From the IMG/VR virus record IMGVR_UViG_3300034072_000926, positions 310,001 through 374,000 of that record: 64,000 nt of DNA, one strand, 5' to 3'. The notes beneath the pieces were generated by a model. That model was not told the DNA's origin, did no database searches, and saw only the letters and a list, made by a program, of their open reading frames with translations. The position numbers were made by a program, and so were the translations under genes. Below are positions 25,626-33,502 of the stretch, one piece after another. Each line of letters opens with the position of its first letter. Position 1 is the first letter of the stretch.

Positions 25626-26801
25626 ATGGCAGTATTTCCTTTCACCGTCCGAGCAACCGACAGCGAAGGCTCTTACTCGGATCGTCAATTCAATATTACG
25701 GTTCGAAACAGTCGAGTAGAACGTTTCATGGTTATTGACTCGTCCGACGCATGGACTAGTCCTGACGGCACTACCTGGACTCAGAGACTTGGCCAGGGCG
25801 GAGTCGCTTGTGCTTATGGCAACGGCTTTTGGCTAATTGTTAAGTCTGGAACTTTCAGTATTTCTAAGAGCTCCGATGGTATCAATTATAACTCTATTCT
25901 TTCAGCCAACATGACTTATTTGGATGAAGGCGGCGCCACAGTGACAGCACCAGTAACAACTGGTGTAACGCGCCTTAAGTTCTTCAATGGTAAGTTCTAT
26001 ATGGTTGCACCTATGTCAACTTCCTATTTTTTATGGACAACAGTTGATGGTATTACTTGGAATCGAAAGACTCTATTTGCATCAGTGAATACTGATTTGG
26101 GATCGGCTATGGCCGCAGGTTCTAATTTTTCTCGTTTCGAGTTCTGCGAAGATGGAGACACTCTGATCATTCCTTTCAGTGTTCGAGGATCAACAAACGT
26201 GGCAAGCGGATATTCTACTTGCTTGGGTTGGACTACCACTGATGGTGTGACTTTTAATCAGATCAAGAATATTTCCAATACCACAGCTACGATTGCAGGA
26301 TGTTCTTACTTGAGTCGAGTAAATGGCATGTATATTGCTCAAGGCGGTAGCCATAACAATACGGTTCAAGCGGCTAATAACTATATCTATAGTTCAGATG
26401 GTATCAACTGGACAGTAGGTACCTATCCAGGTAATGCTGGCACAACGTCAGCGACTGCAAATACTAGGATTTTCTATTCTAATGGTCAGCTATACTTGTT
26501 CACAGGTAAAGGAACAACAGCAGGACCAGGGTATTATTACACCAGTCTTGATGGTATTACTTGGACAGAGAATAGCTACAAGAAGTTCCAGACCTCGAAT
26601 AGTGCTCAATATACCTATGCGTTGTATAAGAATGGTATCTATCTTGTAACCGCAAGTCTTGCTAGTGGTGTAGACACCACTACTGACTTTTCTGCTCCAA
26701 ATAACGGTTTTCGACTTTCAGTCGACGGTGTAAACTGGACATACGTGAATACAAGAGCTGTTGGCACAACCTATTCCTATAATGATATTGCAGCAATGTA
26801 A
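25626..26801 (+). CDS. BNR/Asp-box beta-propeller putative receptor-binding protein, copy B1
   Basis: Repeated S.DG.[TN]W motifs; N-terminal FTVRATDSEG...RQFNITV hairpin. Confidence 0.8.
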   Translation: MAVFPFTVRATDSEGSYSDRQFNITVRNSRVERFMVIDSSDAWTSPDGTTWTQRLGQGGVACAYGNGFWLIVKSGTFSISKSSDGINYNSILSANMTYLDEGGATVTAPVTTGVTRLKFFNGKFYMVAPMSTSYFLWTTVDGITWNRKTLFASVNTDLGSAMAAGSNFSRFEFCEDGDTLIIPFSVRGSTNVASGYSTCLGWTTTDGVTFNQIKNISNTTATIAGCSYLSRVNGMYIAQGGSHNNTVQAANNYIYSSDGINWTVGTYPGNAGTTSATANTRIFYSNGQLYLFTGKGTTAGPGYYYTSLDGITWTENSYKKFQTSNSAQYTYALYKNGIYLVTASLASGVDTTTDFSAPNNGFRLSVDGVNWTYVNTRAVGTTYSYNDIAAM

Positions 26802-27955
26802 TGGCAACTAAAAAGATCCTCTCAATCCGCTATACCTTGGTAGCAGGACAGCTACCAAATGGTATAACTCTAAACCCTGATACTGGGGCGCTTTCGGGCT
26901 CTCCAGGCTCGGATGCTCTTGGTCTTGGTCCAACCTGGAACACCACTGCTGGTAGCATCGGAACATATGATGAAGGTAATACCATTACCACCGTGACCTT
27001 TAATACTACCTCAAATAAAGGACCAGTATCCTATGGTCTAGCGAGCGATGACGACAAACTTCCTTGGGGACTTGAACTTAATCCGGTGTCTGGAACAATA
27101 TCGGGAACCATTGCACCACTTCTACTTCGTGTCGCCGAAGCAGGAGTTACCTTTGATGGCCCGACCTGGACGACACCTTTTGGTCGTCTAGCAGCTTACG
27201 ATGAGGATTTTGTTTCAAGTATCAGCCTGACTGCCGCACCGCGCGGAAGCAGAACAATCAAGCATTACCAAGTGATTGACGGAGCTCTTCCTTGGGGTCT
27301 TGAATTGAATGGACCGACTGGTGTCATTTCGGGCAAGGTTGGACGACTAAAGAATCCAGGTGCGTTCGTTGACGTTCCTAAGTTGCCGATTCCAGTTTGG
27401 ACTAATAGTGCGGCTCTTGGAACTATTTGCGAATATGAAAGTGCCACCTATACTTTGATTGCGACTCCTGATACTGGTCGTTCGATGGCTAAGTATTCGA
27501 TTCGTGAAGGTGCCTTACCATTCGGCCTAACAATCAATTCTCAGACCGGTGTTATTTCCGGATCAGCCGTCGAGCTGAAGAAGCGAAACGAACCAGTGTA
27601 TTATGATGCGACAAATGATCCAACCTTCTCAAATACTGTGAAGATCAATAATGTTGATACCACAGTTCAGGACGGTGGTTCTATTGGATCGTATGCCAAG
27701 GGAGCGACCGTTTCTGCAATTTTCTCGGCGACTGCGGTTTCCGGAAGAGCTATCAGGAATTATGCGATAACTAATGGTGTTCTACCGTTTGGCTTATCAC
27801 TTAATAGTATGACTGGTGAGATCTCAGGAACCATTCTTAATACTGTTCGTGTTCAATCAAAGACTTATACTTTCACAGTAACGGCTATTGATAAGAATGC
27901 GAATTACTTCTTACAAAATAAGACCAGTAGGTCTTTCACTCTAACTGTTCAGTAA
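26801..27955 (+). CDS. Putative-Ig repeat virion protein, copy A2
   Basis: Colinear paralogue of 24463-25614. Confidence 0.85.
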   Translation: MATKKILSIRYTLVAGQLPNGITLNPDTGALSGSPGSDALGLGPTWNTTAGSIGTYDEGNTITTVTFNTTSNKGPVSYGLASDDDKLPWGLELNPVSGTISGTIAPLLLRVAEAGVTFDGPTWTTPFGRLAAYDEDFVSSISLTAAPRGSRTIKHYQVIDGALPWGLELNGPTGVISGKVGRLKNPGAFVDVPKLPIPVWTNSAALGTICEYESATYTLIATPDTGRSMAKYSIREGALPFGLTINSQTGVISGSAVELKKRNEPVYYDATNDPTFSNTVKINNVDTTVQDGGSIGSYAKGATVSAIFSATAVSGRAIRNYAITNGVLPFGLSLNSMTGEISGTILNTVRVQSKTYTFTVTAIDKNANYFLQNKTSRSFTLTVQ

Positions 27956-27967
27956 AGGACTCAAAAG

Positions 27968-29146
27968 ATGGCAGTATTCAATTTTACAGTTCGCGCAACG
28001 GATAGTGAGGGTTCCTACGCGGATCGTCAATTCAATATCACTGTTCGCAATAGTCGTGTCGAGCGCTTCATGATCGTCGATAATAATGACGCCTGGACTT
28101 CGCCAGATGGAACCACTTGGACCCAACGAGTAGGTCAGGGCGGAGTTACTTGTGAATATGGTAACGGTTTCTGGTTGATTAAGGCCGGTGCCGCTTACAA
28201 TGCTGGTTTTCGTAAAAGCACAGATGGTATCAACTACAATTTCATCCCTTACTCTTCTTTGATTTGTTTAGAAGCAGACGGATCTACTGCTACAAGCAAT
28301 CCTCTTTCGTCAGTAGGCACATCACAAGCGAGACTGAAGTTTTGGAATGGAATGTTTTGGCTTGTCGCATTAAGCCCTAGCTACTATCATATTTGGGCTT
28401 CCGTTGATGGTATCACTTGGGTAAGGAAATTTTCTCAAACATGGACTACAACTTCCGCAAGCTTGACGACTGCAACTGTACCAAGTATTGAACCAACTGT
28501 GGATGGTGATACTATGTTCTTTCCATCATTTTATGGTAACATTACGATTAGTGGAGCAAATGCTCCAGCTGGATGGTCGACGACTGATGGAACTACATTC
28601 AATGTCATCCGAGATATTGCGATCACTACTGCGGCTGCCGGCGGTGCGCAGCAACTAATGCGAGTCAATGGTCTTTATATTGGTCGAGGAATGTCCTCGA
28701 CCACAACGGTAACTGCCGATTACAAATACTCGACTGATGGTGTGAACTGGACGACGGTAGCTAATCCAGGATCAATATTTGGTTCCGGTATCACAGCGGC
28801 GTCGTCGTTGATCTATGCTAATGGTAAATTGTATTGGTTTAACAGAAAGTCGGCCTCTAATGCCTACTCTGGTGAACAGTATTGGACATCAGTCGATGGT
28901 ATAAATTGGACGCTCAAATACATGAAATTGTTCAACTCAACCACATCCGAACGCTACACCAAAGTTATCTTTAAGAACGGTTTGTTCATTGCAATCGGTA
29001 GTGTAGGTCAGGCAGCAGGAACTGACGAATCATCGGATTTGACGGCTATCAATAATGGTTTCCGAGTATCACTCGATGGAGAAACATGGACCTGGGTCAA
29101 CGCGCGAGCAATCGTCACTTTATATAACGATGTCGCAGCAATGTGA
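27968..29146 (+). CDS. BNR/Asp-box beta-propeller putative receptor-binding protein, copy B2
   Basis: Paralogue of 25626-26801 with near-identical N-terminus and divergent body. Confidence 0.8.
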   Translation: MAVFNFTVRATDSEGSYADRQFNITVRNSRVERFMIVDNNDAWTSPDGTTWTQRVGQGGVTCEYGNGFWLIKAGAAYNAGFRKSTDGINYNFIPYSSLICLEADGSTATSNPLSSVGTSQARLKFWNGMFWLVALSPSYYHIWASVDGITWVRKFSQTWTTTSASLTTATVPSIEPTVDGDTMFFPSFYGNITISGANAPAGWSTTDGTTFNVIRDIAITTAAAGGAQQLMRVNGLYIGRGMSSTTTVTADYKYSTDGVNWTTVANPGSIFGSGITAASSLIYANGKLYWFNRKSASNAYSGEQYWTSVDGINWTLKYMKLFNSTTSERYTKVIFKNGLFIAIGSVGQAAGTDESSDLTAINNGFRVSLDGETWTWVNARAIVTLYNDVAAM

Positions 29147-29149
29147 TAC

Positions 29150-29182
29150 AAAAATGGACCGGGAAGTTCTCCCGGTCCATTT
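29150..29182. terminator. Probable bidirectional terminator
   Basis: 13-bp stem aaatggaccggga/tcccggtccattt between convergent genes. Confidence 0.8.
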
Positions 29183-29257
29183 ACCGCTCTGCTAGAGCTT
29201 CTTAGAACTTTTCCGACCTCTGAGCAGTCCGACTACCCAATGCCCGCACGACCTAGT

Positions 29258-29893
29258 TCATTGGTCGTCTGCGGGCTTTTCTATCTCGTCAATGAGAGTT
29301 ATCCGTTCAGTGACATGGATCTCATCATGCGACAATTTGAACATCATCACATCTTTGGGATCGTTGAAGAAGTAGGTCGCGTTGAAATGAACATTGGCCG
29401 AGTAATCGTTGGGACGATCCTTAAAATAATCCCTGCACCATTCTGACATCTCACGAATATGTTCAGTAGAATAGGATCCATTCCTGAGCCTGGCCTTAAC
29501 TCGCACCGCATAACGGAACTTGTCGAAGAATAGCTTCTTGCGAATGATTACCTTCTCGGAGTCGAGAACTTTCGCATGGTTGCTGTTCAGGGGTTTCTCA
29601 TATTCGACAAAGTTCTCCTCACCGATAACAGACTTGAGGTATTCAAAGACTTGCTCGTCTTTGAAGAACACAGTGAAGTGAATCGAGTTAGTCTTCCAGC
29701 TGAAATGGGTGTGCCATTGTCCGCTCGAAGTCTGAATACCGCGCCAATCAGCTTTGCTATACTTTCTATTCATCAGCCAAGTAATGACTTCCTGAGTTGG
29801 AAGTTTCTTGTCCTTTTCTGTGATTTGGCAGTTGACAACTAGGCGTCGGTCGAATACTTTATAGTAGAGTTTCTTTGTAGCCAGTTCTTTCAT
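29258..29893 (-). CDS. Two-domain FKLxW-related protein
   Basis: FFKDEQVFEYLK and FFNDPKDVMMFKLSH. Confidence 0.75.
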   Translation of the reverse strand: MKELATKKLYYKVFDRRLVVNCQITEKDKKLPTQEVITWLMNRKYSKADWRGIQTSSGQWHTHFSWKTNSIHFTVFFKDEQVFEYLKSVIGEENFVEYEKPLNSNHAKVLDSEKVIIRKKLFFDKFRYAVRVKARLRNGSYSTEHIREMSEWCRDYFKDRPNDYSANVHFNATYFFNDPKDVMMFKLSHDEIHVTERITLIDEIEKPADDQ

Positions 29894-29901
29894 AATACTT
29901 C

Positions 29902-30141
29902 CTAAAAGCGAAGCCTAATCATCATTGCATCGCGATCTGAATATGCAGTGATTACGATTGACAGCCTGGAAGTGTTTACAGTTGGACCGGGAACGACTGA
30001 CGGATGAGCAGATACGACTCCGTGCCATTCTACTTCGTTAACCCATTCCTTAAACCCTTTATAGTCCATATCTCCCAAGAGGATTTGGAAGCGATGCCGA
30101 CCGTCCTCAAAGAAATAGGTTAGGATTCGAGCGTCATTCAC
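29902..30141 (-). CDS. FKLxW-motif protein (third cluster)
   Basis: AYSDRDAMMIRLRF. Confidence 0.7.
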   Translation of the reverse strand: MNDARILTYFFEDGRHRFQILLGDMDYKGFKEWVNEVEWHGVVSAHPSVVPGPTVNTSRLSIVITAYSDRDAMMIRLRF

Positions 30142-30443
30142 CAGAACCTCGCTTTGAAAAGCCTTGCCTTTTTCTTTTCAAAAATTCGGATAGTGACGAA
30201 GTAAAATGTATTACCACACATTGTGAATGATTTATCAAATTCTGGTTTACTGCGACGCTCAGGGACTTTTGCAAACTCGTAAGAACCTGCAAAAGCATCG
30301 AGCCAATCCTTCATCAGATCAACATCGTTTACAAGGATTTCAAATACATAAGCATGTGGTCGAACGAGCGGATCGCCTTGGTAAGAAGACACCCAAGCGT
30401 CTTCTTCTCCAAAATATTCTGCGAATGAGATAAGGTCTTCCAT
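30138..30443 (-). CDS. FKLxW-motif protein (third cluster)
   Basis: IFEKKKARLFKARFW. Confidence 0.7.
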   Translation of the reverse strand: MEDLISFAEYFGEEDAWVSSYQGDPLVRPHAYVFEILVNDVDLMKDWLDAFAGSYEFAKVPERRSKPEFDKSFTMCGNTFYFVTIRIFEKKKARLFKARFW

Positions 30444-30481
30444 TGCCCTACAATAAAGGCAAGGTCACGCGGAAGTCATTA

Positions 30482-30718
30482 TTAGTGTGACATGCGACAC
30501 CAAAGAGCGCTTGACTTCTCGATGAAATGGAAACTGCACGACCAGTTCTGGTCATCGACCTGCATGACTTCACCGGCGGTCCAGGTCTTGTCCTCTAGGT
30601 GATCCATGCACCAATGTTTGACATATGCCAGTTCAAGCAAAGTGCCGCGATACACAAGCACGAATGGGAGAGGGTATTCCTCTTTCCCTGTAAAGTCGTG
30701 GTAATACTTGAGTTTCAT
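30482..30718 (-). CDS. FKLxW-motif protein (third cluster)
   Basis: VKHWC...FHFIEKSSALWCRMSH. Confidence 0.7.
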   Translation of the reverse strand: MKLKYYHDFTGKEEYPLPFVLVYRGTLLELAYVKHWCMDHLEDKTWTAGEVMQVDDQNWSCSFHFIEKSSALWCRMSH

Positions 30719-30987
30719 ATCGCGCTCAGCTTGAACCTGAGGGCATCTGAGGGCGACTTGAATGCGAACTTTGTCTGCACTTCAGCAGTCGTAAGACCTT
30801 TTGCGAAATTAACCCTGTTCTGAATACCGAGTGGGGTTCCAGCATTGGTGGGTTCATTCGCGCTGTAGATGACCCACATGGTTTTGTTTTTGTCGCACCA
30901 TTGCCGTGCCCGTTCCACTTCGTCGACAGTGCCGGTGAAGTAGATCCAGGTCAGGCCGTTAACGACTAGGGTTTTATCAAATCTCAT
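30715..30987 (-). CDS. FKLxW-motif protein (third cluster)
   Basis: FKSPSDALRFKLSAI. Confidence 0.75.
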   Translation of the reverse strand: MRFDKTLVVNGLTWIYFTGTVDEVERARQWCDKNKTMWVIYSANEPTNAGTPLGIQNRVNFAKGLTTAEVQTKFAFKSPSDALRFKLSAI

Positions 30988-31226
30988 GTCACACTCAACT
31001 TGAACATCATTGCGTCATTTTTGGATTGAAAGGTCACGACCATGTAATGGGCATCTTTCAATCCACTATCCGGGAGGACACAGATCGGACCAATCGATAC
31101 ATCTTTGCCATATCGCTCGAAGGTTTCAAGAGATATTAGGCGTAGACTTTGCGGAGTGGCAGATACCCAAACGGATACCTGTCCACTACTTGGCCAATTG
31201 TCAAGTGATCGGAGGTGTTTCGTCAT
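30984..31226 (-). CDS. FKLxW-motif protein (third cluster)
   Basis: FQSKNDAMMFKLSVT. Confidence 0.75.
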   Translation of the reverse strand: MTKHLRSLDNWPSSGQVSVWVSATPQSLRLISLETFERYGKDVSIGPICVLPDSGLKDAHYMVVTFQSKNDAMMFKLSVT

Positions 31227-31238
31227 AGTGGATAGGGC

Positions 31239-32201
31239 TTACCAATCGGAGCCACCGCCTCCGCCACCGCCCGAGCCACCATCGCCGGAGAATGAATCCG
31301 AAGAGGAGGAACCAGAGGATGAACCCCAGTCATAAGAGGGCGGGCTAGGAGGGGGAGAAGACCGCATCCAAGAATCGTCATAGGACGGAGCAGGTGGAGG
31401 TGGCGGAGGTGAATAGGTCGACTTTGGTGCCGGGATGGTCGGGACAGGTTTGATCGGGACAGTGGGTCGATACGTCGTATGCTGACGCACGATTTCCTCA
31501 GCCTTTGGGCGATCCTTTGCGACTGCCTTTCTTGCTTCTTCGTATTGAGCCTCGCGTTCCGCGGCTTCCTTCCTTTCATTTCGTATTGAAAAGATTAGGA
31601 CAAGGATACTGCCTCCTGCAAGGGCACCAAGGAACAAGAGCAGAACAAAGCCCGCCGAATCACTGCCGTTTTGTTCTGCTGCGCGGCGTTTGTCCGAAGT
31701 GGCAACCTGTTGAGCGGTCACAACTTCCTTTGTGATTTGCTTTTCGATGCCGGAGATACCCGTGAGGATTGCCGTCCCAGGGTATCCGTTCCGCATATAG
31801 GACTTCATTGACTCGGTGATTTCCACGCTCTTCGCGTCGGTGAGTTCACCTTCCAGGCCATAACCAACAGCGATTTGGAGACGCCGAGGGTTGCTCATGC
31901 TGACGATGAGTAGAACGCCGTCATTGCGTTCCTTGCTGCCCAGCTTATAGTGGCGCAGAGCTTTCACGCCATAGTCCGCAGGGTCCTGACCACCCATATC
32001 TTTCAGGGTCAGAACTGCGACTTGGTGATGAGTCTCTTTGTAGATACGGCGGAGTTCACCGTCGATCGTTGCCTTCTGGATCGGCCCGAGAATATCTGCC
32101 TGGTCGATCACAGGACTTCCGTTCATCGCCGGAAAGTTATCAGCGGCCAATGCTGGGACTGAACAGGTCAGCGCAGCCAAGGCCAGGATCAGCCGTTTCA
32201 T
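31239..32201 (-). CDS. TPM-domain (YgcG/DUF477-type) membrane protein
   Basis: Signal peptide; VIDQADIL...QVAVLT...LGSKERNDGVLLIVS...IAVGYGLEGELTD; TM helix; Gly/Ser tail SFSGDGGSGGGGGGGSDW. Confidence 0.9.
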   Translation of the reverse strand: MKRLILALAALTCSVPALAADNFPAMNGSPVIDQADILGPIQKATIDGELRRIYKETHHQVAVLTLKDMGGQDPADYGVKALRHYKLGSKERNDGVLLIVSMSNPRRLQIAVGYGLEGELTDAKSVEITESMKSYMRNGYPGTAILTGISGIEKQITKEVVTAQQVATSDKRRAAEQNGSDSAGFVLLLFLGALAGGSILVLIFSIRNERKEAAEREAQYEEARKAVAKDRPKAEEIVRQHTTYRPTVPIKPVPTIPAPKSTYSPPPPPPAPSYDDSWMRSSPPPSPPSYDWGSSSGSSSSDSFSGDGGSGGGGGGGSDW

Positions 32202-32255
32202 TGTGATCTCCCTATTGAGTTACCACCTTAATAGCTGATCCTAGCCCATTGTCAA
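32202..32255 (-). promoter_or_regulatory. Sigma70-type promoter plus GGGAGATC RBS
   Basis: TTGAC-N17-TATTAA. Confidence 0.7.
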
Positions 32256-32263
32256 CAGAAAGG

Positions 32264-32677
32264 TTAGATGGAGGTTGGAAAGCTATGAGCGTAGAATACT
32301 GCGCCCGTGCCGTAGACTTCGCCATCCTCGAGGATCTTGAACTTCCCGTGTGGGAGAGTGGTCACGACTTGGAAGCCATCCTCAAAGTCAGTTTCGATGA
32401 ATGGCGTGCCCCTCAGAAGTTTTTGGAAGTAGGGACATTCGCTTCCCTCTTCACAATCGCTAGTCGCGAGACCAGCTTGTGTGACGTAGATGCGACCGTT
32501 TTCCACTTCATCACTGAAGATGCCGCGGAACTCAGTCATATCATCACTGTAACCGAAGACGACCAGGAGGTTATTTGCCTTGAGAACCTCCTCGAAACCC
32601 TCAGGCAATTCGTCACCATATTCACGACCATTCAGTTGAGCGGCCGCCTCGGTGATTGTCATTCCAATCTCAATCAT
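32264..32677 (-). CDS. Hypothetical phage protein
   Basis: 137 aa, LVVFGYSDD..EF.G motif, coherent codon use. Confidence 0.7.
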   Translation of the reverse strand: MIEIGMTITEAAAQLNGREYGDELPEGFEEVLKANNLLVVFGYSDDMTEFRGIFSDEVENGRIYVTQAGLATSDCEEGSECPYFQKLLRGTPFIETDFEDGFQVVTTLPHGKFKILEDGEVYGTGAVFYAHSFPTSI

Positions 32678-32684
32678 AAAGACC

Positions 32685-32972
32685 TCAGATATTGAACATG
32701 AGAGCAGTGAACCACAGTGGCAGATAGTCGACCACGCTGTAGCCCAAGTTCTGACCGAGCCAAATAGGCCAGATCAGACTAATGAAGATCATGCCGAAAG
32801 CAGAAGTCGCTGCAAGAGCGGCCTTGAGCGGAACAGCGAGACAAAACCAGCCCGCGAAGAAGTAGGATAGGAACGCCAGTCCATACTTCTTCTTCACAAT
32901 AGAATAGATCATCGAGGCAGACATTACGGCAGCAACCGCAAGACTGGTATAAAGGATAGGAGCAGTCAGCAT
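32685..32972 (-). CDS. Membrane protein (about 3 TM)
   Basis: Hydrophobic segments throughout. Confidence 0.7.
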   Translation of the reverse strand: MLTAPILYTSLAVAAVMSASMIYSIVKKKYGLAFLSYFFAGWFCLAVPLKAALAATSAFGMIFISLIWPIWLGQNLGYSVVDYLPLWFTALMFNI

Positions 32973-33179
32973 TTATATTCCTCCGAAGAGCCTCGCAAAG
33001 AAGCCCTGGTTGTTTCGTTTCTCATATTCCCGCTGATGATCACTCGCGTAACAATTGCAGGATTGCGTATTGTGACTTAGCCATCCCACACAGGGAGGCA
33101 CAGGTCGTCTCAGGGGATAACCTCGTTCGCCGGTGACCGGCTTAGAGGTTTTCTGACCAGGGTATTCGTAACCGGGCAT
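32973..33179 (-). CDS. Hypothetical protein
   Basis: TGATG overlap; tiles the operon. Confidence 0.55.
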   Translation of the reverse strand: MPGYEYPGQKTSKPVTGERGYPLRRPVPPCVGWLSHNTQSCNCYASDHQREYEKRNNQGFFARLFGGI

Positions 33180-33493
33180 CAGTGTTCCTCGTCAGGATAA
33201 CAGAATGGACAGCGATATTCTGGCTTCCAACCAGACGATGGATCTTTGTTGGAGAACACAACCGGAGGACCGCTCTTCAGTTTCCATTCAGTCGTGTAGG
33301 GTCCATCGGCCACTCGACCCTCGTCTAATAGTTTACATTCAAAATCCATGTATTCGCCAAAGTGAACATATGGTTCACTCCATGCGTCATAGTAGACATT
33401 GCGAGTGGCATAGATCATCGGAGTAGCATGACGTCGAATTTCAACAATAGTCTTCTGCGGAAGGCCGAAGACTTTGCGTATGAACGTGAACAT
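33179..33493 (-). CDS. Hypothetical protein
   Basis: Tiles the operon; C-terminal CPFC. Confidence 0.6.
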   Translation of the reverse strand: MFTFIRKVFGLPQKTIVEIRRHATPMIYATRNVYYDAWSEPYVHFGEYMDFECKLLDEGRVADGPYTTEWKLKSGPPVVFSNKDPSSGWKPEYRCPFCYPDEEH

Positions 33494-33502
33494 GACTGTC
33501 CT

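Noticed and set aside
31223-31400. Low-complexity GGC/CCG repeats as a tandem-repeat locus
   Set aside because: They encode the Gly/Ser/Pro tail typical of TPM-family proteins.
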